From: an uncultured Veillonellaceae bacterium
GTDB lineage: Bacteria; Bacillota; Negativicutes; JARBTT01
DNA length: 64,000 bases
Assembly (NCBI GenBank): GCA_963805085.1
Contig: CAWDTA010000002.1
Coordinates: forward strand, 1,376,001 to 1,440,000
Direction: 5' to 3'
Shown: in pieces, positions 31,255-41,608 of the stretch
Position numbering within the stretch: position 1 is the stretch's first letter
Layout of the letters: each line of letters opens with the position of its first letter
The notes under the pieces: generated by a model
Database searches by the model: none
What the model was told of the DNA's origin: nothing
Seen by the model: the letters and a program-made list of their open reading frames with translations, nothing else
Program-made: the position numbers and the translations under genes

Positions 31255-34200
31255 ATGACTTATCATGAGACAACAAAAAAAATAGTAAGGTTTTTAATAC
31301 TACTTTTACTTCCTTTAGTATTTCTTTATTTTTTAAACAGTTTTTTTTCTCATAGTATTAAAACCCCTAAAGCGCAACAAGGAGTTTTAGATCTTAGCGG
31401 TTGGAATCTTGAAGAAGATGGTGTTGTACTTTTAGATGGTGAATGGGAATTCTATTGGAATCAGCTTCTAACATACCAGGACTTTCACAACGGAAGCAGT
31501 CAGAAGAAAAATTATGGCAATGTCCCTAGTACCTGGGATTCTTATAAAAATAATTTGCCGGGTACTGGCTATGCTACCTATCGTTTAAAAGTAAAAACAA
31601 TCAATTTAAGTTCAATAGATGGATTAAAAATCAAGACTATGCTTACTTCCTATAAATTGATGGTTAACGATAAAGTTGTAGCTGCTAACGGAGTTGTTGG
31701 CAAAAATCCGGAATCATATTTTCCCGAATACAAACCGTTGAGCAGTTTTTTCAATGCAGATAAAAATGAATTTGAAATCATTCTCCAGGTAGCAAACTTC
31801 ATTTACGCCCGTGGTGGTCCTAGGTATTCCATTTATCTGGGAACCGACCATCAAATCATTGCATTACAGGAGAAATCCCGGCAAAAGGACATATTTCTAT
31901 TAGGCACTATTTTTATAATGGCCTTATATCACACGGCAATTTTTCTGTTGCAAAGAAAATATCATTATAAAGCTGAGCTATATTTTGTGTTTTTTATGGT
32001 ATTATTTTTTATAAACATTGCCTTTCGTGGTGAGTATGTTATTCTAAATGTTTTCCCTTCACTAAGCATTTATTGGCTTATTGTTTTTCAGTATACGGCG
32101 AATTACTGGGCATCGGCGGCATTGGCACTGTTTATGCAGGAACTATACCCGGAAGAGTGCTCTGGCTGGGTGACGAAAATATTAGTCGTTAATTCTTCGT
32201 TGCTTACACTGATCACATTGCTTACGCCTATTGCTTTTTTTACAAAATTCACACTGTATTTGCAAATGCAATTAATTATAGTTGCATTGTATTATACCTA
32301 TGTCGCTTGGTTAGCCGTCATAAAAAAAAGAGCTGGTGCTGCATTACTATTCAGTACATTCATATTTTCCATTGGCGCTTTTATTCTGGAAAGTCTAAAT
32401 CATTGGAACCTTTATAGCAATAAATATGCAGAATTGTTTCCCAGCGTCAGTCTGATCCTTGTTTTTGTCCAGGCCTTTATTTTAGCGCAACGATTTTCCG
32501 CTTCCTTTTCCGAGGTCAACATTTTGTCCAAAAAGCTTCTTTCTTTAGATGAGCTAAAAGATGAGTTTATAGCGAATACTTCCCATGAACTCAGAACGCC
32601 TCTTCATGGAATGATTACGATTACAGAATCGGTTTTGGAAAGTACTGCAGGAATTTTGCCCCAGAAGCAGAAAGAAAATTTGAATTTGGTGGTATCCAGT
32701 GGTAAAAGGCTGGCCAATCTCGTCAACGATATACTAGATTATGAAAAACTAAAACATGGCGATATTCATCTGAATAAGCAAAGAATCGATATTGGAAAGA
32801 TAATTCCGACAGTTTTGGAAGTAAGTAAATATTTGGCTTTTCCTAAGCCAATTGCTTTGGTTAGCAACCTTCCCGATTGTCTTCCTCCGATTGAAGCGGA
32901 CGAAAATCGTGTTAACCAAATTATTTTTAATTTGCTCGGAAATGCCATAAAGTTTACCGAACAAGGGATTATCAAAATTTCCGTTGTTCAAAACAATGAT
33001 ATGTTGGAAATCAGTGTAACAGATACGGGGATTGGCATATCTCACGATAAAATTAACGATATTTTTAAATCCTTCGAGCAACTTGATGGGGCATTGGCAG
33101 GGCAATATGGCAGCATGGGTTTAGGGTTGAGCATTACAAAATATTTGGTGGATACTCATGGTGGGCGTATTTGGGCTACCTCCGAACCCGGCAAAGGTTC
33201 GACTTTCACGTTCAGCATGCCAATAAGTAGTACTACCGATCGTAAATCCTCAGAACAGAAATTACGGAGTTATACCAGCCTACCGCAGACTATATTTAAA
33301 AACCCAGCAGTTTTAAAACAAAACGGAGATTTCACCGTTTTACTTGTCGATAATGATTATGCTAATTTGCAGGCACTTATCAATATTTTAACGGTGGAAA
33401 ATTATTCGTCAATTGCCGTTGCAAGCGGCAATGAGGCTTTGGAAGTACTGAAAAAAAATAAAAACATTGATCTTGTGATTCTTGATATTATGCTACCAAA
33501 CATGTCAGGTTATGAAGTATGCCGAAAAATCCGAGAGAACTATTCACTTTTTGAGCTGCCCGTGTTAATGATGACGGCGAAAAATTCAGCCAACAGCATG
33601 TTACCTGGCTTTACAGCAGGCTGTAATGATTTCTTAAACAAACCTTTTAATCCCAGTGAATTAAAAGCTCGGATGAAAACGCTCTTACAATTAAAAAAAT
33701 CTGTTAGCCAAACGATACAAAACGAAATGGCTTTTTTGCAGGCACAAATAAAACCCCATTTTCTCTACAATGCACTCAATACGATTATGTCTTTCTGTTG
33801 GACGGATGCAGAAAAGGCCGGACAGCTCTTACTTGCTTTAAGCAGTTATTTACGAGGCAGCTTTAACTTTAATAATATGAACCAGTTTAGTACCTTGGAA
33901 CAAGAATTAGAATTTGTTGAGTCCTACGTAACGATTGAAAAAGCACGCTTTGAAGAAAAGTTGAACTTTCAGTATGATATAGCTATTCCTCTAGAGAATA
34001 TAATGATACCAAACCTTGTGATCCAGCCAATTGTAGAAAATGCAATAAAACATGGCATCTTGCCTAAAAGGGAGGGCGGAACAATCATTATTTCTATTAA
34101 GCAGGAAGAAACTTATATTCTGATAACAATAAAAGATGATGGTGTTGGCATCTCTCAAGAGAAATTGTCCCAGCTTTTAACGAGTTTACAAAATAAAGGC

Positions 34201-34326
34201 GTGGGGGTTATAAATGTAGATCGCAGACTAAAACGCATTTATGGTCATGGCATTCAAATTACCAGCGAAGTCGATGTTGGAACTACTGTAAGTATTAAAA
34301 TTCCTGATGTAAGAAAGGGAGTATAA
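31255..34326 (+). CDS. Hybrid sensor kinase: 7TM-DISM-like sensor, HisKA-HATPase, REC, LytS-type kinase
   Basis: LDGEWEFYW; TSHELRTPL; DLVILDIMLP; AQIKPHFLYNALN; IQPIVENAIKHG. Confidence 0.9.
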   Translation: MTYHETTKKIVRFLILLLLPLVFLYFLNSFFSHSIKTPKAQQGVLDLSGWNLEEDGVVLLDGEWEFYWNQLLTYQDFHNGSSQKKNYGNVPSTWDSYKNNLPGTGYATYRLKVKTINLSSIDGLKIKTMLTSYKLMVNDKVVAANGVVGKNPESYFPEYKPLSSFFNADKNEFEIILQVANFIYARGGPRYSIYLGTDHQIIALQEKSRQKDIFLLGTIFIMALYHTAIFLLQRKYHYKAELYFVFFMVLFFINIAFRGEYVILNVFPSLSIYWLIVFQYTANYWASAALALFMQELYPEECSGWVTKILVVNSSLLTLITLLTPIAFFTKFTLYLQMQLIIVALYYTYVAWLAVIKKRAGAALLFSTFIFSIGAFILESLNHWNLYSNKYAELFPSVSLILVFVQAFILAQRFSASFSEVNILSKKLLSLDELKDEFIANTSHELRTPLHGMITITESVLESTAGILPQKQKENLNLVVSSGKRLANLVNDILDYEKLKHGDIHLNKQRIDIGKIIPTVLEVSKYLAFPKPIALVSNLPDCLPPIEADENRVNQIIFNLLGNAIKFTEQGIIKISVVQNNDMLEISVTDTGIGISHDKINDIFKSFEQLDGALAGQYGSMGLGLSITKYLVDTHGGRIWATSEPGKGSTFTFSMPISSTTDRKSSEQKLRSYTSLPQTIFKNPAVLKQNGDFTVLLVDNDYANLQALINILTVENYSSIAVASGNEALEVLKKNKNIDLVILDIMLPNMSGYEVCRKIRENYSLFELPVLMMTAKNSANSMLPGFTAGCNDFLNKPFNPSELKARMKTLLQLKKSVSQTIQNEMAFLQAQIKPHFLYNALNTIMSFCWTDAEKAGQLLLALSSYLRGSFNFNNMNQFSTLEQELEFVESYVTIEKARFEEKLNFQYDIAIPLENIMIPNLVIQPIVENAIKHGILPKREGGTIIISIKQEETYILITIKDDGVGISQEKLSQLLTSLQNKGVGVINVDRRLKRIYGHGIQITSEVDVGTTVSIKIPDVRKGV

Positions 34327-34327
34327 C

Positions 34328-35527
34328 ATGCTACGAACTGTATTAATTGATGATGAGAAACCCGCATTAAAGGCCTTAGAACGCTTACTTTCACAATATC
34401 CTGATATTGAAATTATCGGAATGTTTACCGATGTTAATCAGGCTTTAGAGCTAATTGAGAATAATAATGTACATCTGCTGTTTTTAGATATTGACATGCC
34501 TAAGCTAAATGGAATTGAGGCAGCAAAAATAATATATAGCAACAAAGATAATATTGATATTATTTTTGTTACGGCTTATAGTGAGTTTGCCGTAGAAGCT
34601 TTCGAATTAAACGCAATTGATTATATTATGAAGCCTGTATCTCCTAAAAGACTAAATAAGACGATGGAGCGAATTATTCAAAGCCATCTTAATTTGGACG
34701 AGATCTCAGTACAGCAAAATAAGAATGAACTATTAAATAATTTAATCGCAAAGAAAATTACGAATTCGGATGATATTTTGCAACAAGCAAAGTTAATGAA
34801 TATTAATTTTATGCAATCGTTTTCATTTCTTTTTTTGCTGATTTCGGATATGGATACCAAGATAAAGAAGGAAACGTTGGATGGGAAGAGCGCGGCAGTA
34901 AATACACTCATTGAGGAACTTTCGGAAAGAACTGACCTAGTTGTATGGCAAACACACCAAGGAATCGGCATACTCGACTTTACTATTACTGCTTCCGATG
35001 AGTACAAAAGCGAAGAATTGAGAGCGGCAGCCAACTTAAAGGCTATTGCAGAAAGGTATTTTTCTGATAAAACAGTTGCTATCGGCATAGCGAAACATTA
35101 TACGAAATTAGAAAGTTTTGCCGATAGATATGTACAAGCTCGTAACGCTGCGATAATCGGCATTCGTGTTTCGCCAGACTTAGGAATTTATCATATTGTA
35201 GACAGTGGCTTCCTCCCAGTTTTGAATCAATATGTCGATAAAGAAAGTGCGGATAACCTAATTGAAAGTACGATTGGAAAACTCATTGAGCACGACCGAG
35301 TGACTGGTGCAGATTTATTTCATACTATGGAGATGATTATTTTAAATCATAGTTTCCAAGAGGTCGCAAATATCCTGTTTATCCATTACAAAACGGTTCT
35401 TTTCCGTAAACAAGCGATTGAAAAGATACTGGGGATTTCAATGAATTCTTTTGCCGGACGTACAATGTTAGGCATGGCGCTGACTCTTTTTTACTTGCGG
35501 AGTATTCCTGATGTACATTGTGAATAA
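34328..35527 (+). CDS. Response regulator with REC domain and PucR/CdaR-type C-terminal HTH
   Basis: LIDDE, FLDIDMP, FVTAYSEFAVEAFELNAIDYIMKP; LFIHYKTVLFRKQAIEKILG. Confidence 0.85.
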   Translation: MLRTVLIDDEKPALKALERLLSQYPDIEIIGMFTDVNQALELIENNNVHLLFLDIDMPKLNGIEAAKIIYSNKDNIDIIFVTAYSEFAVEAFELNAIDYIMKPVSPKRLNKTMERIIQSHLNLDEISVQQNKNELLNNLIAKKITNSDDILQQAKLMNINFMQSFSFLFLLISDMDTKIKKETLDGKSAAVNTLIEELSERTDLVVWQTHQGIGILDFTITASDEYKSEELRAAANLKAIAERYFSDKTVAIGIAKHYTKLESFADRYVQARNAAIIGIRVSPDLGIYHIVDSGFLPVLNQYVDKESADNLIESTIGKLIEHDRVTGADLFHTMEMIILNHSFQEVANILFIHYKTVLFRKQAIEKILGISMNSFAGRTMLGMALTLFYLRSIPDVHCE

Positions 35528-35619
35528 CAGCTTTCTTTCTCATCAATGCTGTTTTTGGTTTTATCTTTATGAATTGTTGACAAAAGTTGATAAAGAATGG
35601 CTTAGTGCCGATGATGATA

Positions 35620-35720
35620 AATAGAATCTAAACAGAATAAAGAACCCTCCTGCTCAAATTTGCATGAATTTAGCAGGAGATTTGAGCTTATATGAGAATA
35701 TATAGTTTTAATATAAAAAA
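35620..35720 (+). repeat. Co-oriented intergenic repeat, copy 9
   Basis: AATAGAATCTAAA..CTCCTGCTCAAATTTGCATGAATTTAGCAGGAG..GAGCTTATATGAGAATA. Confidence 0.9.
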
Positions 35721-35755
35721 GGTGCCTATCTAAAATTTAAGATAAGCACCTTTTT
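35715..35755 (+). repeat. Secondary hairpin repeat, copy B
   Basis: AAAAAAGGTGCCTATCT-8 nt-AGATAAGCACCTTTTT. Confidence 0.7.
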
Positions 35756-35954
35756 CGATAAATTTATATTAAAAGTTAAATTTAATTAAATTTAAAATCC
35801 AACTTAATTGTTATCATCGGAGTTTAATCATCAAGTGAATTTTTTATGAAATATTCTAACCTTCCTCAGAAATAATTCATATGTATTTTATATTTTAAAC
35901 TTTACCAAATGATTTTTTGAAATTCTTTTGAAGTCTGAAAGAAGGAATTATTTT

Positions 35955-36773
35955 ATGGAATTAATCGAAATTCCCCAGAATTCGATAAAACGGTTTTTTT
36001 GCGCTAGTGGATCTAAATTACTGGAGCGTGTATTGGTAATTGCTTTGAGTACATTGTCTCTTTATTTATCTACAGAGTATTGGTGCTTTACTTGGGTTGC
36101 ATTATTGTTGCTTTGTATATATTCGTTGAGAAATTCAGTGAGTATGGCATTTGTGGTGGGGTTTACTTCATACTTACTTGGATCAATAAATCCTCATACT
36201 GTACTTCCTATCGTGATTTATTGGCCGTTAATTACGGTCAATGCAATTGCATTTGCGGGTGTACTTGTCGTCTTTCATCTTATTGCAGACAAATGGAGAG
36301 GGAGGAATACAAGTATTATTTTTGCAAGTGGTTTAACAGCACAAGAATTTGTTTTTGCTCTGTATTCTCCGCATGGAACAGTAAGCAGTATTGCCTACAC
36401 GCAAGCAGCGAATTTACCGATTATCCAGATCGCGTCTATAACTGGTATTGAAGCTGTAAATATTGTTTTCGTTCCTGCACTAGATTTTCATGATGATGCT
36501 TGGAGTCATACACGTATTGCTGTGATGCGAGGTGTTGAAGGTGATTTTGCAGTCGCCCGAGCTGGACAGTGGGGATTGTTAACTTTAAGCGATAGTAGAG
36601 GGCGTATTGTAGAGAAGGTATTCTGTGATAATACGCAAGATGATGCAATGCTTATAGGAGAAGTCTTGCTAGGACAGGGCAGGTCAATCTATAGTAAAAT
36701 AGGTAATAGTTTTGCCTGGATATGCTTAGGAACTTTTGTTATCCTAAGCGCTCTGGCCTTTATAAAGCCTTAA
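35955..36773 (+). pseudogene. Apolipoprotein N-acyltransferase-like carbon-nitrogen hydrolase with large in-frame internal deletion
   Basis: N-terminal TM region ending PIIQIASITGI joined directly to C-terminal VPALDF..MRGVEG; catalytic core region absent. Confidence 0.7.
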
Positions 36774-36834
36774 CAGACTGGGTTTGCCACATGAGGTTAG
36801 TATACAGATCGCATTATTTTAATAAAACTATTAT

Positions 36835-36888
36835 AAAAAGAAAACTCCTGCTAAAATTTTATGTAAATTTGGCAGGAGTTTTGAGCTT
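36835..36888 (+). repeat. Co-oriented intergenic repeat, copy 10
   Basis: AAAACTCCTGCTAAAATTTTATGTAAATTTGGCAGGAGTTTTGAGCTT. Confidence 0.9.
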
Positions 36889-36929
36889 CAGGCTCTTTAG
36901 TGAATTCAATTTTCCTCGCCTATATCGCC

Positions 36930-37106
36930 CTAAAGAGGCTTATCGTTATAATCGCGGGGGATGTCAATTGATCCGGAAGCTTTCAATTCTTGGAGTAATG
37001 TGTGCTGTTTACAATCGGGTAGTTTTGGATCTAATAGGTTGTTTTTTGATGGTGATGCTTTAGCCCTAAATCCTGTAGCACTCTGTTTGATATATTTTTT
37101 AGTCAT
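36930..37106 (-). CDS. Unlisted 58-aa small ORF
   Basis: AAGGAGGTG RBS then MTKKYIKQSATGFRAK...DYNDKPL*. Confidence 0.45.
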   Translation of the reverse strand: MTKKYIKQSATGFRAKASPSKNNLLDPKLPDCKQHTLLQELKASGSIDIPRDYNDKPL

Positions 37107-37205
37107 ATAGCACCTCCTTTTTTAGTACTTACATGTAGTATGTCCCAAAGACAGATCAAAATTATTCAAAAATTTAGTCATTAAATTACTGACAGCATTA
37201 TACAT

Positions 37206-37252
37206 TGCTAGATTTTGTATGAATTTGGCAGGAGTTTTGAGTTTATATGAGA
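37206..37252 (+). repeat. Co-oriented intergenic repeat, copy 11 (5'-truncated)
   Basis: TGCTAGATTTTGTATGAATTTGGCAGGAGTTTTGAGTTTATATGAGA. Confidence 0.85.
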
Positions 37253-37396
37253 CCTAGCTTATTGATGGTGTAATTAAATATCATCGTATAACCTCAAGTA
37301 TTATTAATACTTGATTGATGCAGATTTTAAGATTGTAAAGTCTTCACCTATAAAAAAATAAACCTTAGTATTTTGCTAAGATTTATTTTTGTATTT

Positions 37397-37621
37397 TCAT
37401 TCTTTGTTATTATTTTTAAACGCAAAACTTAAATCACCATTTTCATTTAGAACAAACATTTCTAACTCTAAAAGTTTCATCAGTGGCAAAACCTGCGTAC
37501 TCAATTCATATATTAACAATTCATAAGCAACTACATAGTGATCTTCACTTAATTTTTGATATTCTTTTAGCTCTGCTTCACGTTGTTTTTTATATTGACT
37601 AAAATCTATTAAATTACCCAT
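37397..37621 (-). CDS. Small hypothetical protein
   Basis: RBS GGGGAGG; MGNLIDFSQYKKQR. Confidence 0.6.
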   Translation of the reverse strand: MGNLIDFSQYKKQREAELKEYQKLSEDHYVVAYELLIYELSTQVLPLMKLLELEMFVLNENGDLSFAFKNNNKE

Positions 37622-37732
37622 TATCCTCCCCCCTATATAATATAATTAAAATTACTATTATTGTTACTAAATATATAACAAAATTAATGTTGCAAATTCA
37701 AATAATTGGACGATAGGGCGGAGGAGAGGTAT

Positions 37733-37795
37733 TTAACAAATCATTTATAAAACTAGTGAAAATATGCTAAATATAATATAAACACTAAAAAGAAG
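37733..37795 (+). repeat. Head-only fragment of the co-oriented repeat
   Basis: ATTTATAAAACTAGTGAAAATATGCTAAATATAATATAAACACTAAAAAG matches 39141-39190. Confidence 0.65.
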
Positions 37796-37932
37796 CGTCA
37801 GCAATTGTCAGCCTTCTAAAGAAAATCAACAAGATTCTATTCAATGCATCAATGTAGTTTTTTCATAAATACTCATATCTACACATATGATAGAAAAAGA
37901 CAGAATCATTTTACATTCATGAGGCATCATAA

Positions 37933-39082
37933 AATGTATAATCAAGCAAACATAGATCAAGGAAAATCTGCTATGGTAAATTCATTTGCCGCATCATATG
38001 AAGAGTGGGAAAGCAAAGCGGAACAAATTTTACCAGCCGGACCATTTGGTTACATCGCCGGTGGTGCAGGTTCTGAAGAAACAATGCGTACAAATAGAAA
38101 AGCATTTATTTATTGGCGAATTAAGACACATCTGCCCAGGGATGTATCTAAAAGAGATTTAACAGTGAATTTATTAGGCCATAATTTCCCCACCCCTTTT
38201 TTTCTTGCACCCATCGGCCTGCAAGGACTCGCTAATTCTACTGGAGAGTTAGGTGCTGCAAGAGCAGCAGCTAGATTAAAGATTCCTTTTATCTTGAGTA
38301 CGGTTTCATCATATTCGATGGAAAATGTAGCAGCTGTAATGAAAAATTCTCCTCACTGGTTTCAGCTATATTGGCCAACTGATCTCGATCTTATGATAAG
38401 CTTCGTTCGTCGAGCCGAAAAGGCTGGTTACTCGGCAATAGTCGTAACAATTGATTACCCTGCTCACTCATGGAAAGAAAGAAATATACGCAATGATTAT
38501 AATCCCTTTAACATTGGTGAAGGAATGGCGAATTACACTTCTGATCCTGTTTTTCGGAGTATGCTGAAACATCCCCCCGAACAGGATAGAAAGTCTGCAA
38601 TCTCTCTGTTTAACCGATTATTTCCTAATCCGCATTTAACCTGGGATGATATATCTTTCTTACGTAAACACACAAAGCTTCCAATCATGGTGAAAGGAAT
38701 TCTTAATCCTAAGGATGCTGAATTGGCTCTACAACATGGTGTAGATGGAATAATCGTATCAAATCACGGTGGTCGGCAAGTCGATGGAGAGATTGCTGCG
38801 CTTGAAGCCTTACCAATGATATATGATGTTGTCAAAGGGCGGATTCCTGTACTTATGGACAGCGGAATTCGTCGTGGTTCGGATGTCATCAAGGCACTTG
38901 CCCTTGGTGCAGATGTGGTACTCTTAGGTCGTCCCTATATCTATGGATTGGCTGTAGCAGGCGAAAAAGGCGTTATGCAAGTGCTGAAAAATCTTATCTC
39001 TGAGATTGATATAACAATGGCGAATATAGGACGCACGTCTATTGCTGAAATTGATTTTTCTTTGCTAGAATGGATACGCTAA
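37933..39082 (+). CDS. FMN-dependent alpha-hydroxy-acid oxidase / lactate 2-monooxygenase
   Basis: YIAGGAGSE, VKGIL, VSNHGGRQVDG, MDSGIRRGSDV; start uncertain. Confidence 0.92.
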
Positions 39083-39096
39083 CATAGTGGTATTTG

Positions 39097-39293
39097 AAAA
39101 TTTGGATGCGTCCTTTGGTCAGTTAAAACTTAGATAGACTATTTATAGAACTGGTGAAAATATACTAAATAGGATCTAAACATTAAGAAGGAAACTCCTG
39201 TTGAATTCTGTATAATTCAACAGGAGTTTTGAGCTTTTATGGGAATAGGTAAAGTTAATGACAAGATGACGGAAAGGGAACGTTACCCCCGTC
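39097..39293 (+). repeat. Co-oriented intergenic repeat, copy 12 (long form)
   Basis: AAAATTTGGATGCGTCC head, AAACTCCTGTTGAATT..AATTCAACAGGAGTTT hairpin, GACGG..CCGTC tail. Confidence 0.9.
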
Positions 39294-39370
39294 TCTGGAT
39301 TTATAGGCAATGACGATTGTGTTTGTTAAAGAGAAATTAGATATAAGATGAGAAAATAAATAAAGTAGGA

Positions 39371-40057
39371 TTAACTATCGCAAATAGACTCGGTGGTCGT
39401 AGCAAAAAAAAGAAAATAACTGATAATGCCTTTACAGATGCTATCGGCTAGAAGATTTTGATATGTGTCGTCTATAAGCCGTGATGCCTCACTGCGATTG
39501 GATAAAAATCCCATTTCAATTAAAGCAGATGGAATTTTATTGTGCAGGAGTACGTAAAAATTGGCTGAATGAACTCCATTATCTTTGGCTTCCGTTTGAA
39601 TTACAATAGCAGTTTGGATAGCGCGGGCAAGATTAGAGGAGCCTCCTGTTGGGTAATAGCCAGCGGCTCCTGTCATGTGGATATCTGAATTGGAGTCTGA
39701 ATGTAGACTTACAAAGATATCGGCGCCAGATTTTTTCACGACATCCACCCTCGCTTGGAGATCGGCGGTAAGAGATGAACCCAAAGGAGCTAGATTAATG
39801 TCTCCTGTTCGAGTCATAATAACCTGAGCTCCAAGCATAATTAGTTTTTCGCGTAATTTATGAGCTACTGCGAGGTTAACGTCAGCTTCCCGAATGTTAT
39901 AGTGCACGGCTCCGGGATAAATGCCTCCATGCCCAGGATCAAGGACGATGGTTGTAGGCCATAAAGGTTTAAACTCCCCGCCATAAATACAGCAATTATA
40001 ACAGTGAAAATAATTACCGAAGTCATCATTTTGTTGAGAACAGGTATCAAAGTGCAT
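39371..40057 (-). CDS. N-acetylmuramoyl-L-alanine amidase (Amidase_3)
   Basis: IVLDPGHGG, EADVNL, FVSLHSD, LIEMGFLSN. Confidence 0.92.
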   Translation of the reverse strand: MHFDTCSQQNDDFGNYFHCYNCCIYGGEFKPLWPTTIVLDPGHGGIYPGAVHYNIREADVNLAVAHKLREKLIMLGAQVIMTRTGDINLAPLGSSLTADLQARVDVVKKSGADIFVSLHSDSNSDIHMTGAAGYYPTGGSSNLARAIQTAIVIQTEAKDNGVHSANFYVLLHNKIPSALIEMGFLSNRSEASRLIDDTYQNLLADSICKGIISYFLFFATTTESICDS

Positions 40058-40226
40058 AGGATTATTCCTCCAGTATGTGATTTGCTATTTACTATATATT
40101 ATGTAAAATGCTAAATTAGTTTCCGTAATATAGAATTTATGTAATACGTAAAAAATGTGAGCTGACAACTCGATGGTAGAATTTGTATAATGATTTCCAT
40201 CTTCTTAAGACGGGTGGAGCGTTCCT

Positions 40227-40300
40227 CTTTATGAGAATAGGTAAGCTTAATATCAAAAAGTTGATGGCAAGGTTCCAGAAAAGAAACATTCCCGCCTGTC
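40227..40300 (+). repeat. Co-oriented repeat, tail-only copy 13
   Basis: TTTATGAGAATAGGTAAGCTTAATATCAAAAAGTTGATGGCAAGGT..AAAGAAACATTCCCGCCTGTC. Confidence 0.85.
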
Positions 40301-40429
40301 TCTTACGAGATATACTATATAATTAGGGTTGCTGTCTCCCTTTGCATCGAACGAGAACATATTGCACTTAATTCGCATAATATATATTGATTAGTTCCGT
40401 GTCTATCTTTATAAATGGAGGAATTGACA

Positions 40430-41383
40430 ATGTCGTATTTTAAAAGTCATATTGGCGTCATTGCAGATTTTTCAGCCAGAAGAGTCAGTATTTTTGACAC
40501 CGACACTTTGACCCTCCTGCAGCACATCCCGTTAGAAGCTGATGTTATAGATGTAGCGCTGACGAGTGATTGCCGATGGGCGGTTGTAACTTCTTTCAAT
40601 AGCAAAACTATATTTCAAGTCGACTTGAGCGAGATTCCGGCCAAAGTGGTTGGCAGTGCAACTACCACTACTTTCCTTGAAGATGTTCAGATCACCCCAG
40701 ATGACATGTTTGCGTTGAGCGTGGATGGTTCTGCTGCAAATCAAAACATCGTGTCCTATTCCCTGGAAAAAAATTCTTTTGTCTCCATACTGGCAACTAG
40801 TGCTCAAGCTGTTGCCATATCTCCTATGTGTGACGGACTGGTATTAACTGCTGTATCGAGTGCTAATAGCGTGCGGCGTTTTATGATTAACTGTTGCGGT
40901 GAACTCCAGGACACTGGACAGCAATTCCCGGCTGGGTCGAACCCTATTAACGTTAACTTTAGCCCCGATGGAAATTTTGCATTTGTAGTCGATTTCGCTG
41001 GCACTGTCAGTGTGCTGAGTACCGTTAATCCGGACGATATCAGCTTGATCAGTACCATACCGGCATCCAGCCAGCCGCAAAGCATGGCTATTTCCAGAGA
41101 TGGCAGACATTTATTCGTGCTGGGATCGAGCAATGTTGACATTTTTACCTTCGACCCAGTTTCCGGAAGCTTGGCCTTGGCGCGTTCCTTTGCCCACGGC
41201 CTTCAGATCGCATCCTTTTTTGGTGTTGACCAAATAGCCCTTGACCCTAGTGAAACTAGGCTATTTATTTCCGCCACGGGGCAAGTGACTGTATTTACTA
41301 CTTTTGGCACCTTTTTAGGAACAGTAGCCGATGTCTCCGGCCCCGGCGGTTTGGCCATTTGTTCGCATAAGTGCCTTAATTAA
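40430..41383 (+). CDS. YncE/YVTN-like beta-propeller protein
   Basis: Repeated ITPDD, FSPDGNFAFV, ISRDGRHLFV blades; GC visibly above background. Confidence 0.8.
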   Translation: MSYFKSHIGVIADFSARRVSIFDTDTLTLLQHIPLEADVIDVALTSDCRWAVVTSFNSKTIFQVDLSEIPAKVVGSATTTTFLEDVQITPDDMFALSVDGSAANQNIVSYSLEKNSFVSILATSAQAVAISPMCDGLVLTAVSSANSVRRFMINCCGELQDTGQQFPAGSNPINVNFSPDGNFAFVVDFAGTVSVLSTVNPDDISLISTIPASSQPQSMAISRDGRHLFVLGSSNVDIFTFDPVSGSLALARSFAHGLQIASFFGVDQIALDPSETRLFISATGQVTVFTTFGTFLGTVADVSGPGGLAICSHKCLN

Positions 41384-41479
41384 TGGAAGAGGACGTTCGG
41401 GACTTGCTCCCCTTGTCCCTTTAAAAGTCAATGTTTTAAACTAGCCGTGATTGTTCACGGCTTTTCATATTTTTTGTTA

Positions 41480-41547
41480 GAGAATATATAATTTTAAAAT
41501 TAAAAAGTCGGTGGTAAGGTGACAGAAAATGAGCGTCCACGCTTGAC
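41480..41547 (+). repeat. Co-oriented repeat, tail-only copy 14
   Basis: GAGAATATATAATTTTAAAATTAAAAAGTCGGTGGTAAGGTGACAGAAAA. Confidence 0.75.
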
Positions 41548-41608
41548 CAATTCACTTACTTTATTATAGGTCAAAATCTCGTATCTTATAAGGCATATAG
41601 CCATGTAA

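Noticed and set aside
40082-40109. dif-like site (TATATA TTATGTAAAAT)
   Set aside because: Only the XerD-side arm and spacer match; the left arm does not, and the sequence is equally explained as the amidase promoter on the minus strand.
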